In this document: positions 36,564 to 47,078 of the stretch, piece by piece
Position numbering within the stretch: position 1 is the stretch's first letter
How the letters are laid out: the number at the start of each line of letters is the position of its first letter
Assembly: GCA_016776635.1 (NCBI GenBank)
Contig: JADHSZ010000007.1
Coordinates: 1,066-65,065, forward strand
Source of the DNA: Alphaproteobacteria bacterium
GTDB lineage: Bacteria > Pseudomonadota > Alphaproteobacteria > UBA11136
Reading direction: 5' to 3'
DNA: 64,000 nt
Translations under genes and position numbers: made by a program
Notes under the pieces: generated by a model
What the model saw: the letters and a program-made list of their open reading frames with translations, nothing else
Told to the model about the DNA's origin: nothing
Database searches by the model: none

Positions 36564-38333
36564 CTAAACCAGAACCATGCCGTTTTCCCGTCCCTTGCCC
36601 TTGCCTTTGCCCTTGCCGTGGTCGGGGGCGAAAATAATCTCGTTATGGGCCGCGCCCGAGGGAATCATGGGGAAACAGTTTTCGTCGGGATCAATACAGA
36701 CATCGGCGATTACCGCGCGGTCTTCCTTGATCATCTCACGAATCAGATCATCCACCTCTTCGGGCTTGGTGGCCCGCAGGCCCAGCGCACCAAAGGAATC
36801 CGCCAGTTTGACGAAGTCGGGAAGGGATTCCATATAGGATTCCGAATAGCGCCCGCCATGCATGAGCTCCTGCCATTGGCGCACCATCCCCATGTAATGG
36901 TTGTTGAGGATAAACACCTTCACCGGCAGCCGGTACTGCATGATGGTGGACAGCTCCTGCATATTCATCATGATCGAGGCCTCGCCGGACACGTCCACCA
37001 CCAGCGCCTTGGGATGTGCGATCTGGACGCCCATGGCCGCCGGCAAACCGTAGCCCATGGTACCGAGCCCGCCCGACGTCATCCAGCGATTGGGTTTGGT
37101 GAATTCGAGGAACTGCGCCGCCCACATCTGGTGCTGGCCCACCTCGGTGGTGAAATAGACATCCTTTTTGCGCGTCAGCTCGCGCAGACGCTCAAGCGCA
37201 TATTGCGGTTTGATGAGCTTCTTCGACTGCCTGTAGCTGAGGCTGTCGCGGTCCCGCCATTTGTCGATGGCCCGCCACCAGGACTTCAGGGCCTTGGCGT
37301 TGGGCTTGACTTTCCGCGCCTTCCACTCCCGCGTCAAATCACGCAGCACGGAACCCACATCGCCGACAATGGGCAGGTCCACCATCACATTCTTGTTGAT
37401 GGAGGAAGGATCGATGTCGATATGGATAATCTTCGACTTGGGCGAGAAATCGGCGAGCCGTCCCGTCACCCGGTCGTCGAAGCGGGCGCCCACGGCCACC
37501 ATCACATCGCAATCATGCATGGCGAGATTGGCCTCATAGGTGCCGTGCATGCCCAGCATGCCGAGATATTGCTTATCGGTGGTGGGGAAACATCCCAGCC
37601 CCATCAAGGTCACGGTACAGGGATAGCCGCTCTTGCGCACCAGCTCGGTCAGCGCCTTGGAAGCGGCGGGACCGGAATTGACCACGCCGCCGCCGGCGTA
37701 AAAGATGGGGCGCTTGGCCTTGGCCAGCATCTCCACCGCCTGCTTGATCTTTTTCGGATCGGCCTTGGTGCGGGGCTGATAGCTCTTGCGGCGCACCTTA
37801 TGCTTGGCCACATACTGGCCCTTGGTGATCTGAACGTCCTTGGGAATATCCACCCCCACCGGGCCGGGGCGGCCGCTGCGCGCCACGAAGAAAGCCTCGT
37901 GTATGGTATTGGCGAGGACGTTCACATCCTTCACCAGATAATTATGCTTGGTACAGGGGCGGGTGATACCAACCGTGTCGGCTTCCTGAAAGGCGTCGTT
38001 ACCGATCATATGGGTGGGCACCTGGCCGCTGAGACAGACGATGGGAATGGAGTCCATCATGGCGTCGGTCAGGCCGGTCACGGCATTGGTGGCGCCGGGA
38101 CCAGACGTCACCAGAACCACGCCCACCTTGCCGGTGGAACGGGCATAGCCCTCCGCCGCATGGACCGCGCCCTGTTCATGACGGACCAGGATATGGCGAA
38201 TCTTGTTCTGCTTGAACAGTTCGTCATACAAGGGCAGCACGGCGCCGCCGGGATAGCCGAAAATGACATCCACGTCCTGATCCCGCAGCGCCTTGAGAAC
38301 GATTTCAGCGCCGGTTAATTGGCCACTCGCCAT
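36564..38333 (-). CDS. ilvB: Acetolactate synthase large (catalytic) subunit, with an unusual [10 protein letters not shown]-terminal tail
   Basis: [31 protein letters not shown].., the ThDP motif ..[15 protein letters not shown]..., and ..[10 protein letters not shown]... Confidence 0.93.
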   Translation of the reverse strand: MASGQLTGAEIVLKALRDQDVDVIFGYPGGAVLPLYDELFKQNKIRHILVRHEQGAVHAAEGYARSTGKVGVVLVTSGPGATNAVTGLTDAMMDSIPIVCLSGQVPTHMIGNDAFQEADTVGITRPCTKHNYLVKDVNVLANTIHEAFFVARSGRPGPVGVDIPKDVQITKGQYVAKHKVRRKSYQPRTKADPKKIKQAVEMLAKAKRPIFYAGGGVVNSGPAASKALTELVRKSGYPCTVTLMGLGCFPTTDKQYLGMLGMHGTYEANLAMHDCDVMVAVGARFDDRVTGRLADFSPKSKIIHIDIDPSSINKNVMVDLPIVGDVGSVLRDLTREWKARKVKPNAKALKSWWRAIDKWRDRDSLSYRQSKKLIKPQYALERLRELTRKKDVYFTTEVGQHQMWAAQFLEFTKPNRWMTSGGLGTMGYGLPAAMGVQIAHPKALVVDVSGEASIMMNMQELSTIMQYRLPVKVFILNNHYMGMVRQWQELMHGGRYSESYMESLPDFVKLADSFGALGLRATKPEEVDDLIREMIKEDRAVIADVCIDPDENCFPMIPSGAAHNEIIFAPDHGKGKGKGKGRENGMVLV

Positions 38334-38490
38334 TGTTTGTTCCTTCTTCCTGTCGTCTTGTTATTACGTCGAATTATTGCGTCGAACGGCGCCATGCTTC
38401 CGCGCGGCCTCGCCCGTTCCCCATAACATATGGTGAGAGCCCGGGCTAAGAAAGCAGAGAATGTCCCGCAGAGCGGTGAAAAACCAGACT

Positions 38491-39483
38491 TTATTCTCCG
38501 CCAGGGGTCAATAAAAAGCGGTGCAGAAAGGAAAATATCTCCGCCAGCCGGGTTTCCTCGTACAGACCTTCGATCACCAGGCGTTCCATCTCTTCACTGT
38601 CGAGCTGGTGGCGGAGCCACGTCATCTGCCGTTTGGCGTAACGCCGGGTGGCCTGCTGGGCATTAAGAACCGCCGTCTCCAGGCCGGTCTCGCCGTGGCA
38701 ATGACGCAGCATTTCCCGCAACCCCACCGCCTTCATGACGGGAAGGGAAGGATCGAGTCCACTGGTGTTCCCGTGGGCATCCCCACTGGCGTCAAGAGTC
38801 CGCACTTCGTCCACGAGACCCGCCTCTATCATCTGCTGAAAGCGCGCGTCACAGGCCCCATAAAGCGCCTCGCGGGGCGGCATGAGGACAATCATGGCGA
38901 GTCGCACTCCCGCCGCCGCCAGTCCTTCCTGCGGAGTTTGCCGTTTTTGCCACTCGCTTAAGCTTCGCCCCGTGGCCTCCAACACCTCCCAGGCGCGGAT
39001 CAGGCGTTGGCGGTCATTCACATGCAGCCGCGCCGCCGTCTCCGGGTCGCGGGCTGCCAACTCCACGTGAAAGGCCTCGCCCCCCAGCTCCTTGTGACGG
39101 GCGCGGGCCGCACCACGCACCGCCTCGGGGATATCCGGGATGGCGGCCAGCCCCCGTATCAGGGCGCGCAGATAAAGTCCGGTGCCGCCGACACAGACCG
39201 GCAACCGTCCCTCACCCGCCGCTTCCGCGATTTCTTCCAGCGCCATCTCCCGCCAGCGCGCCGCCGAACAGGGGGACTCGCCGTCGAGAACACCATAAAG
39301 CCGGTGGGGAACGCTGGCCGTTTCATCCACGCCGGGGCGGCTGGTGAGAATAGCGAGATCACGGTATACCTGCATGCTGTCGGCATTGATGATGGTGCCG
39401 TCGAACTTTTCAGCCACGGCCAGGGCAAGGCTCGATTTGCCGCTTGCGGTGGGACCGGCGATGATGACGAGTGGGGACTCCAT
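38491..39483 (-). CDS. miaA: tRNA dimethylallyltransferase
   Basis: P-loop IIAGPTASGKSSLA, ..INADSMQVYRDL.I.T..P, ..GGTGLY..AL... Confidence 0.9.
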   Translation of the reverse strand: MESPLVIIAGPTASGKSSLALAVAEKFDGTIINADSMQVYRDLAILTSRPGVDETASVPHRLYGVLDGESPCSAARWREMALEEIAEAAGEGRLPVCVGGTGLYLRALIRGLAAIPDIPEAVRGAARARHKELGGEAFHVELAARDPETAARLHVNDRQRLIRAWEVLEATGRSLSEWQKRQTPQEGLAAAGVRLAMIVLMPPREALYGACDARFQQMIEAGLVDEVRTLDASGDAHGNTSGLDPSLPVMKAVGLREMLRHCHGETGLETAVLNAQQATRRYAKRQMTWLRHQLDSEEMERLVIEGLYEETRLAEIFSFLHRFLLTPGGE

Positions 39484-39519
39484 GCCCCCCGCTTACCACG
39501 GTTTACAGGAAAACTCATA

Positions 39520-40719
39520 GTGGCTGAGACACCACCCCCCTCCCCTCAACGCCCAGACAGACGTCCAGCCGACCCTCGTTTTTCCTCGGGCCCCTGCGTC
39601 AAACGTCCGGGCTGGAACCCGCAGGCTCTGGATGTCCTCAGCGCAGAGACCGCCGGACGCTCGCACCGCTCGCCCGCCGGGCGGGAACAGCTGGCGCAGG
39701 TCATCAAAAAAAGCCGCGCCCTGCTGGAGCTTCCCGAGAGCCATCTGCTGGCCATCATTCCCGCCTCCGATACCGGCGCCATGGAGGCCGCCCTATGGTC
39801 GCTGCTGGGCTCCCGCGGCATTGACGTTCTGGCCTGGGAGACCTTCGGCATGGACTGGCTTACCGATATCCGCGACCAGCTCAAACTCACCGACCTGCGC
39901 GCACTCACCGCCGAATACGGGAGCCTGCCTGATCTGGAAGAGGTGGATTTCTCCCGCGACGTGGTGTTTCCCTGGAATGGCACGGCATCGGGGGTCTGCG
40001 TTCCCGGCGGCGAGTGGATCGCCGAAGACCGCCAGGGGCTGACCATCTGTGACGCCACTTCGGCTGCCTTCGCCATGGACCTGCCCTGGGACAGGCTCGA
40101 TGTGGCCACCTATTCCTGGCAAAAGGTGATGGGCGGCGAGGCCCAGCACGGCATACTAATCTTAGGACCGCGCGCGGTACAAAGGCTGGAAAGCCACATC
40201 CCGCCCTGGCCGCTGCCGAAGATTTTCCAGCTCACGGTGGACGGCCGCCTCAACCAGGCTCTGTTCGCCGGTGACATCATCAACACCCCCTCCATGCTGG
40301 CGGTGGCAGATGCCCTGGACGGTCTCGACTGGGCCTTGTCCCTGGGCGGGCTTAGCACGCTGATGGAGCGTTGCCGTGATAATTTCGATCTCATCGCCCA
40401 ATGGGTAGTGAACAGCGATTGGGCCGGTTTCGTGGCCGAGGACCCGGCCACGCGCTCGATCACGTCGGTGTGCCTGAAGATCACCGCGCCCTGGTTTCTC
40501 GATCTCGATCCCTCGCAACAGGCCGCCGTCACCGAACGCATGACGGCGCTGCTGGAGGAAGAAAAGGCGGGCTATGACCTGGGGGCCTATCGCAAATCGC
40601 CGCCGGGATTACGAATTTGGGCCGGAGCCACGGTGGAAAAGGAAAACATCTCGGCCCTTCTTCCCTGGCTCGACTGGGCCTATGCCACAGTAAAAAGCGA
40701 GACTCCCCACCCAGAATAA
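39520..40719 (+). CDS. serC: Phosphoserine aminotransferase (alphaproteobacterial type)
   Basis: ..PADPRFSSGPCVKRPGW.. is the typical N-terminus. I propose the GTG at 39520 (AGGAAA 8 nt upstream). The 570-aa track ORF from 39007 overlaps miaA antisense and is Arg/Gly-rich junk there. Confidence 0.8.
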   Translation: MAETPPPSPQRPDRRPADPRFSSGPCVKRPGWNPQALDVLSAETAGRSHRSPAGREQLAQVIKKSRALLELPESHLLAIIPASDTGAMEAALWSLLGSRGIDVLAWETFGMDWLTDIRDQLKLTDLRALTAEYGSLPDLEEVDFSRDVVFPWNGTASGVCVPGGEWIAEDRQGLTICDATSAAFAMDLPWDRLDVATYSWQKVMGGEAQHGILILGPRAVQRLESHIPPWPLPKIFQLTVDGRLNQALFAGDIINTPSMLAVADALDGLDWALSLGGLSTLMERCRDNFDLIAQWVVNSDWAGFVAEDPATRSITSVCLKITAPWFLDLDPSQQAAVTERMTALLEEEKAGYDLGAYRKSPPGLRIWAGATVEKENISALLPWLDWAYATVKSETPHPE

Positions 40720-40750
40720 AAAAACAGCGCCGGTGCAACGGCGCTGTTTT
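40720..40750. terminator. Bidirectional rho-independent terminator between convergent serC and degP
   Basis: An A-run, the stem acagcgccg / cggcgctgt (9 bp) with loop gtgcaa, then tttt. The complementary strand reads the same stem followed by ttttttt. Confidence 0.75.
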
Positions 40751-40813
40751 AGGTTGGGGAAGAATTATTACTTATGTGCTTCCGGGGCTGAAATTTCTCA
40801 CTGACCGGTGGCG

Positions 40814-42385
40814 TTATTCCTCCTCCGCCAGGGGAACGCTGATGAAACGGCGGTCGCCGCTGCGTTCCACGAGAAACAGAACAATTTTCCGCTTCTTTGA
40901 AACCAGGTCCTCGATCTTCGCTTCCACCTCTTCGGGGGTGACCACGGGCACCTGATTAACCTCGACGATCAGGTCTCCCGCGCGCATGCCCCGCTCCGAG
41001 GCAAAGCCCTGTTCATCGACACCGACGATCACCACGCCCTGGTCTTCATCGGAAAGCTCGAAACGTTTCCTCAGTTCCGGCGTCAGGGCCGACAGACTCA
41101 GCCCCACCGAGGCGAGAGTCATTTTTTTGGTTTCCTTGTCGGCGCCGGGTTTGCCGGGCGCGGCGTCGGCCGTTTTCTCGAATTCCTCGAGCTGGCCGAT
41201 GCTGACCTCGAAGGTCTCCTCCTTCTCGTCGCGCCAGACCGTCACCTTCACGGTCTTGTCGATGGGCGTCTCGGCGACGATACGCTGAAGGCGGCGCACA
41301 TTGGGCACCTTCTTGCCGTCGAAGCTCAAGATCACATCCCCGGCCACGAGCCCGGCCTTTTCCGCCGGCTCGCCTTCATTGACCTTGGCGATCAACGCAC
41401 CCTTGGGCTCATCGAGGCCCAGGCTTTCGGCGATCTCCTCGGTAACGCCCTGGATTCGCACGCCCAGCCAGCCACGGCGGGTCTCGCCGAACTCTCGAAG
41501 CTGGGAAACCACTGCCTTCGCCAAGGCGGAAGGAATGGCGAAGCCGATGCCCACACTGCCGCCCGAAGGCGAGAAGATGGCGGTGTTAATGCCGACCACA
41601 TCACCCTCCATATTGAACAGAGGCCCGCCCGAATTACCCCGGTTGATGGAGGCATCGGTCTGGATATAGTCGTCATAGGGGCCGGAATTGATGTCACGGG
41701 CGCGCGCCGAAATGATGCCGGCGGTCACCGAACCCCCAAGACCGAACGGATTGCCGATGGCCATCACCCAGTCGCCGACGCGTGCCAGATCGGAATCGCC
41801 CCACTTGATGGCGGGGAGCTTCTTCTTTGCCTCCACCTTGAGAAGGGCGAGGTCTGTCTTGGCATCGCGGCCGACGATTTCGGCCTTGAGTTCCGTATTG
41901 TCCTGAAAAATGACCGTAATCTCTTCGGCCTCGGCGATGACGTGGTTGTTGGTGACGATATATCCTTCCGCGTCAATGATGAATCCCGATCCCAGCGACA
42001 TGCCCTTACGCGGCTGGTTGGGTTTCTGACGCTTGCGGTATTCACGGAAAAATTCCTCGAAAGGCGAACCGGGAGGAAACTCAAAGGGCTCGAGACCGCC
42101 GGCGCCGCCTTCGATCATCTGGGTACTGGAAATATTGACCACCGCCGGCGAAAGTTTCTCCGCCAGATCGGCGAAGCTCTCGGGCGCGCCGCGGGCCACC
42201 GCCGCCACCGACCACAACATGATGCAGGCGGCCATGAAAACCGCCCCAACATAAGAAGCCACGAAAGGAGAGGTGAAAGAAGCAGTGGAAGGGGCTGAGT
42301 GATCCCGGCCGCGCCGGAGCGAAGGCCCGGATTCCGTAATCCCGTGGGCGGGGATACCGCCGGCGAGGCTTGGGTTGGTATTCAT
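40814..42385 (-). CDS. degP: Periplasmic serine endoprotease, DegP/HtrA family with two PDZ domains
   Basis: Catalytic triad contexts TNNHVI, D.ALLKV, GNSGGPL, followed by two PDZ-like regions. Start uncertain (ATG at 42385 chosen; the track gives 42523). Confidence 0.85.
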   Translation of the reverse strand: MNTNPSLAGGIPAHGITESGPSLRRGRDHSAPSTASFTSPFVASYVGAVFMAACIMLWSVAAVARGAPESFADLAEKLSPAVVNISSTQMIEGGAGGLEPFEFPPGSPFEEFFREYRKRQKPNQPRKGMSLGSGFIIDAEGYIVTNNHVIAEAEEITVIFQDNTELKAEIVGRDAKTDLALLKVEAKKKLPAIKWGDSDLARVGDWVMAIGNPFGLGGSVTAGIISARARDINSGPYDDYIQTDASINRGNSGGPLFNMEGDVVGINTAIFSPSGGSVGIGFAIPSALAKAVVSQLREFGETRRGWLGVRIQGVTEEIAESLGLDEPKGALIAKVNEGEPAEKAGLVAGDVILSFDGKKVPNVRRLQRIVAETPIDKTVKVTVWRDEKEETFEVSIGQLEEFEKTADAAPGKPGADKETKKMTLASVGLSLSALTPELRKRFELSDEDQGVVIVGVDEQGFASERGMRAGDLIVEVNQVPVVTPEEVEAKIEDLVSKKRKIVLFLVERSGDRRFISVPLAEEE

Positions 42386-42504
42386 GGCTGTCACGTGGTT
42401 TCTCCTTGTTTGCACACTCGTTTCTGCCCCCGCAGAAGGCATCATGTGACAGGCAAATATGGTGCAAATATGGCGCGGATGGCTTTTTCTCCGCCGCGCC
42501 GGCC

Positions 42505-42690
42505 CTATCCCCGCAACAGCCATACCAGCACCACGCCCACCACCGCCGAGACCAGCCCGGTCTGGCGCAAAGTGGCGGCGGGAATATCAAGGGCCACCGC
42601 GATCACGCGCTTCATGCCCTCGGGAAAAAGTGCATAGAGGGCGCCCTCGATCACCAGAATCAGCGCCAGCGCCGTGAGAAGGTCTTTCAT
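42505..42690 (-). CDS. DUF2065-family small membrane protein (YjeT-like)
   Basis: MKDLLTALALILVIEGALYALFPEGMKR... Typical position between hflC and degP. Confidence 0.7.
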   Translation of the reverse strand: MKDLLTALALILVIEGALYALFPEGMKRVIAVALDIPAATLRQTGLVSAVVGVVLVWLLRG

Positions 42691-42879
42691 CCCCTCATAT
42701 CCCGCTTACCTAATGTACAACCGGCCCCAGAGTCATCCAGAAGAGCCGGATGGAAGGCCCATCGGGCGTTTATAATTGTGACGAGGCCCAACTTGTGAAA
42801 TCCTGCCTTTGACCATGCGGGTTGCCCCTTGGAATTCCCCGTTGCGGGAACCGTTCCCCCCAAAAAGAGGAGAGGGAAA

Positions 42880-43119
42880 ATGCTTAAATGCCTGACGACC
42901 AATATGTGTATCATCCTCGCCGGAATCGCGGCCAACAATTATGTCTATCTTCACGACCTGCTCTGGAATACCAACGAGGGCTGGATTTTTCTTGGCCCCA
43001 AGAGCTACGCCGGGATCGTCATATCGGTCCTGGTCATCCTCTACGGCCTCAAGCGCATGGCATGTCCGGGGACGGGCTCATCGGAAGAATCCTCCGGGGA
43101 AGAATCTTCCGGCGGCTGA
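42880..43119 (+). CDS. Small membrane protein with a Ser/Glu-rich tail
   Basis: ATG preceded by AAGAGGAGAGGGAAA. MLKCLTTNMCIILAGIAANNYVYL...YAGIVISVLVILYGL has two hydrophobic helices. Confidence 0.4.
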   Translation: MLKCLTTNMCIILAGIAANNYVYLHDLLWNTNEGWIFLGPKSYAGIVISVLVILYGLKRMACPGTGSSEESSGEESSGG

Positions 43120-43144
43120 CCGGCGCACGGCTTTTTAACGAGAC

Positions 43145-44035
43145 CTATTGCGCGCCTGACATCTCCGGCGCGCCGGGAGTCTCTCCGAAATAGCGGAGGA
43201 ATTCGCTGCCCGGCGCCAACACCATGGTTGTGTCTTCCCTTTCCATGGAACGGCGGAAGGCCAACAGCGAACGATAGAAATTATAGAACTCCGGATCCTG
43301 ATTCGCCGCATCGGCGTAGATGCGCGTGGATTCGGCCTCGCCCTCACCGCGCAGAATTTCTCCGCCCCGGTTAGCATCGGCAAGAATCACTATCTTATCC
43401 TTATCGGCCGCGGCGCGGATGCGTTGCGCCGCCTCGGAACCTTCCGAACGGATTTTCTTAGCCGCCTGCTCGCGCTGTGATTTCATCCGTTCATAGATGG
43501 CCTGGCTGTTGGCCTCGGGCAGATCGGCGCGGCGGATACGCACATCGATAACTTCGATGCCCAACTCCGCGGTCTCGGCGTTCACCTGGTCGCGAATGTC
43601 GCGCATAATCCGTTCGCGCTCTTCCGACAACAACGAGGTCAGGGGCACCTGGCCCACCACGCTACGCATGGCCGAATTAATCAGGGGGGCGATACGCTGA
43701 CGGATCACGGCTTCAGTACGCACCGTCTGGAAGACCTTCAACGGGTCGGTAATACGATAACGGGCGAAGGAATCGATCAGCATTTTCTTCTGATCGGCGG
43801 CGATGGGCTCTTCCAAGGGAAGATTAAAATCAAGAACCCGCTTGTCGTAATACACAACCTCCCAGACGAAAGGCATCTTCCAGTGCAGCCCCGGGTCTTT
43901 CACAACGTCCACCGGCTTGCCGAACTGCAAAATAATCACCTGCTGAATCTGGTTGACGGTGTAAAGGGAGCTGGAGCCGACGACGGCCAGCACGCCCAGA
44001 AGAATCCCCATAATCATCATCATTCGGGCGCTCAT
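43145..44035 (-). CDS. hflC: Protease modulator HflC (SPFH/band-7)
   Basis: N-terminal TM plus an SPFH domain. Its start overlaps the hflK stop (ATGA). Confidence 0.9.
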   Translation of the reverse strand: MSARMMMIMGILLGVLAVVGSSSLYTVNQIQQVIILQFGKPVDVVKDPGLHWKMPFVWEVVYYDKRVLDFNLPLEEPIAADQKKMLIDSFARYRITDPLKVFQTVRTEAVIRQRIAPLINSAMRSVVGQVPLTSLLSEERERIMRDIRDQVNAETAELGIEVIDVRIRRADLPEANSQAIYERMKSQREQAAKKIRSEGSEAAQRIRAAADKDKIVILADANRGGEILRGEGEAESTRIYADAANQDPEFYNFYRSLLAFRRSMEREDTTMVLAPGSEFLRYFGETPGAPEMSGAQ

Positions 44036-45189
44036 TTGCCGCCCTCCCCGCTTCTGTTCTGGGATGGCGCCGGGCGCGTGGTCCTCTTCGAGGAAGACCC
44101 CGCCGCGCCACTGCCCTGCTTGAGAAGCTCGGAAAGCGGCAGATAGGGCAGAACGCCGGTGCCATCCCCGGCGGGAATGTCAATGATGACCTTGTTGAGA
44201 TCGCCCACCACTTCCTCCATGGCTTCGAGATACATGCGCCTTCTGGTGACGTCCTTGGCCACCTTGTAGGCGTTATAGACCGAGAGAAAACGCTTGGCGT
44301 TACCGGTGGCGCGGGCAACGATTTCCTGTTTATAGGCCTCGGCCTCCTGGGTGATCTGCGCCGCCTCGCCGCGCGCCTTGGGCACCAGATTATTGCGATA
44401 GGCCATGGCCTGGTTCTGCAGAGTTTCCTGATCAGCCTTGGCCGCCTGGACATCGCGGAAGGCATTAAGCACCGGCTCGGGAGGATCGACCTTCTCCAGC
44501 TTCACCTGACTGATTTCAACGCCGGCGCCATAGTCATCGAGGACGCCCTGCATGAGCCCCTTGGTATGTTCCTCGATCCCGCCGCGTCCCTTGGTCAGGA
44601 TCGGCTCCAGCCTGTCCTGGCCGATGGTTTCGCGCATGGCGCTTTCGGCCACGCTTTTCACCGTGGCTTCGGGGTTGCGGATATTAAACAGGAACTGTCC
44701 GGCATCCTTGATGCGCCAGAACACCGTGAAATTGATATCGACGATATTCTCGTCCCCGGTCAGCATCAGGGCCTCTTCGGGCACTTGGCGCGTGGGAGAA
44801 TTTTTCCCCGCCTTGAGGGGAGAACGGAACCCCACTTCAATCTTGTTGATGCGGGTCACGGCCGGGGTAATCACGCTTTCGATGGGTCCGGGCAGATGAT
44901 AGTGCAGTCCGGGCTGGGTGGTGCGCACCCATTTGCCGAAACGTAAGACCACGCCTTGTTCGTCGGTGTCCACCTTGTAAACGCCGCTGAACAGCCATGC
45001 CGCCACGGCAATCAATAAAACAATCAGAATACTGCGCCCGCCACCGCCGGGTATTAAACTGCGGAACCGGTCCTGGCTCTCACGCAGGATATCCTCGAGA
45101 TTGGGGGGCTGCGGCCCGCCCGGTCCCCGGCTTCCCCAGGGTCCGGAGCCTCCGCCACCTGGGCCTCCTCCTTGATTCTTCCACGGCAT
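44032..45189 (-). CDS. hflK: Protease modulator HflK (SPFH/band-7)
   Basis: Gly-rich N-terminus MPWKNQGGGPGGGGSGPWG, a TM, then an SPFH domain. Confidence 0.9.
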   Translation of the reverse strand: MPWKNQGGGPGGGGSGPWGSRGPGGPQPPNLEDILRESQDRFRSLIPGGGGRSILIVLLIAVAAWLFSGVYKVDTDEQGVVLRFGKWVRTTQPGLHYHLPGPIESVITPAVTRINKIEVGFRSPLKAGKNSPTRQVPEEALMLTGDENIVDINFTVFWRIKDAGQFLFNIRNPEATVKSVAESAMRETIGQDRLEPILTKGRGGIEEHTKGLMQGVLDDYGAGVEISQVKLEKVDPPEPVLNAFRDVQAAKADQETLQNQAMAYRNNLVPKARGEAAQITQEAEAYKQEIVARATGNAKRFLSVYNAYKVAKDVTRRRMYLEAMEEVVGDLNKVIIDIPAGDGTGVLPYLPLSELLKQGSGAAGSSSKRTTRPAPSQNRSGEGGK

Positions 45190-45397
45190 AGGGTCTGACT
45201 CTCTTTCTCTCTTTAGTTTATTCCCGGAAAGGACCGGAGAACCGCCTGAATTCCCGCCACTATCGGAACGCCATCTCGTCTAGGGCTTTGCATTCGTCGT
45301 CATCAGCTATATATGAAATTAACGTCCCCACTGCAATCGGGGGCGAGCATCATATTCCCTAAGCAAGCATACGGCAAACAGGCGGAGAATAAAATCC

Positions 45398-46513
45398 ATG
45401 GCCGAGGTCACGGAAGAGCAAGTTCGGGGCGCCCTCTCAAGCGTAGCCGCCCCCGGCGGAGACAAGGATTTAGTGGCCCTGGGGCTGGTTTCGGGCGTGG
45501 TTGTCCGCGACGGCAACGTAGGCTTCACCATCGAAATCACGCCTGAACAGGCTGGGGCCTTCGAGCCCGTGCGTAAACAGGCCGAAGAAATCGTAGCCGC
45601 CCTGCCCGGCGTGCTTTCGGTGACCGCGGTGCTCACCGCCGAACGCGTCCAGCAACAGCAACGGCCCCAACAACCCCCCCAACAGGGACAGCGCCAGCCC
45701 CCCTCGAAGGAACTGGTTCCCGACGTGGGCGCCATTGTCGCCGTGGCCTCGGGCAAGGGTGGCGTCGGTAAATCCACGGTTTCCATCAACCTCGCCATGG
45801 CCCTGCTCGCCAAGGGCCTGAAGGTGGGGCTGCTGGATGCCGATATCTACGGCCCGTCCATGCCTAAAATGCTGGGGGTATACGGCCGCCCCGATTCCGA
45901 GGACGGTAATATGCTGGAGCCCAAGGAAAACTATGGACTCAAATGCATGTCCATCGGCTTTCTGGTGGCCGAGGACACGCCCATGATCTGGCGCGGCCCC
46001 ATGGTCATGAGCGCCATCGAACAATTACTGCGCGACGTCAACTGGGGCACGCTTGACATCATGGTGGTGGACCTGCCGCCGGGAACCGGCGATGCCCAGC
46101 TCACCATGGCCCAGAGGGTGCCGCTGACCGGCGCCATCATCGTCTCCACGCCCCAGGACATCGCTCTGTTGGATGCCCGCAAGGGGCTCAACATGTTCCG
46201 CAAGGTAGAGGTGCCGGTGCTGGGCATCATCGAGAATATGAGCTATTTCGCCTGTCCCCATTGCGGCGAGCGCACCGATATCTTCAGCCATGGCGGCGCC
46301 AAGGCCACCGCCGAAGAGATGGGCGCCGACTTCCTCGGCGAGATTCCCCTCGATATGGCCATCCGCGAAGCCAGCGATGCGGGCAAGCCCATTACCGCCG
46401 CCGATCCCGACAACCCCCATTCGCAAGCCTTCATGGCCATAGCCGACCAGGTCTGGGAAAAAGCGCAGGCCCTGAAAGGTGACTCCCAAGGCCCCAAAAT
46501 CGTCGTGCAATAA
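45398..46513 (+). CDS. apbC: Fe-S cluster carrier ATPase ApbC/Mrp (NBP35 family)
   Basis: N-terminal DUF59-like region, deviant Walker A ASGKGGVGKST, and the CPHCG motif. Confidence 0.9.
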   Translation: MAEVTEEQVRGALSSVAAPGGDKDLVALGLVSGVVVRDGNVGFTIEITPEQAGAFEPVRKQAEEIVAALPGVLSVTAVLTAERVQQQQRPQQPPQQGQRQPPSKELVPDVGAIVAVASGKGGVGKSTVSINLAMALLAKGLKVGLLDADIYGPSMPKMLGVYGRPDSEDGNMLEPKENYGLKCMSIGFLVAEDTPMIWRGPMVMSAIEQLLRDVNWGTLDIMVVDLPPGTGDAQLTMAQRVPLTGAIIVSTPQDIALLDARKGLNMFRKVEVPVLGIIENMSYFACPHCGERTDIFSHGGAKATAEEMGADFLGEIPLDMAIREASDAGKPITAADPDNPHSQAFMAIADQVWEKAQALKGDSQGPKIVVQ

Positions 46514-46567
46514 GATGCGGCGAGGCACGGCCGAGGCCCCGTCCCGCGAAACTGGAACGAGCCTGGT

Positions 46568-46990
46568 TTAACCGCCGAAAATCTTTCTCAGATTCTCAAA
46601 ACCAACGTCATAGATGCCCTGGATGATCTTGACGGCGTCATCGTTGGATGCACCCTCGGCCTCGAAATCACTCGACCATTCCACTTCACTGCCGTTGCCG
46701 TCCTCGCGCACCCGGATGGTGGCCTTGTAGCCTTTCACCGGAAGCGGACTTTCGAGAATTTCGTAGGAATAGACTTTCTCGTCGTCGTCCATCTCCGTCA
46801 GTTTCTCGACCACGGTACCGCCCCCCAAGAGGTGCAATTTGCGGATGGTGGTGCGGTTGGTTTTGTCCTCTTCCACCTCGCTACACTCGACGATGGGATG
46901 CCAGTTGGGCAGAGCGTTGAAACTGCCGATCATATCCCAGACCTGTTTGGCGGAGACGGGAAGCGGCGTCGAAAGGGTTACGTTGGGCAT
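46568..46990 (-). CDS. SRPBCC-superfamily (polyketide cyclase/START-like) protein
   Basis: 140 aa. ..VWDMIGSFNALPNWHP..VE... is typical of the SRPBCC fold. Called by eye. Confidence 0.55.
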   Translation of the reverse strand: MPNVTLSTPLPVSAKQVWDMIGSFNALPNWHPIVECSEVEEDKTNRTTIRKLHLLGGGTVVEKLTEMDDDEKVYSYEILESPLPVKGYKATIRVREDGNGSEVEWSSDFEAEGASNDDAVKIIQGIYDVGFENLRKIFGG

Positions 46991-47078
46991 GGCGGAATCC
47001 TCCCTTTTAGAGCGGTTCCCTTATCTTAAGCCTTAATTCGATGTTTTGTCGCAGCCTTTTGTCGCAGCCGGGCGCTCT

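Noticed and set aside
36618-38318. 566-aa plus-strand ORF
   Set aside because: It is antisense to the acetolactate synthase large subunit. The composition (H/G/R/A-rich, no motifs) marks it as a GC shadow ORF.
38334-38490. ilvB upstream region, examined for an ILV-rich leader peptide
   Set aside because: The candidate short ORFs are not enriched in Ile/Leu/Val codons, and no terminator/antiterminator pair is evident.
39007-39519. A 171-codon N-terminal extension of the serC ORF
   Set aside because: It overlaps miaA on the opposite strand. The conserved SerC N-terminal motif (FSSGPC.KRPGW) begins just after the GTG at 39520, which has an RBS.
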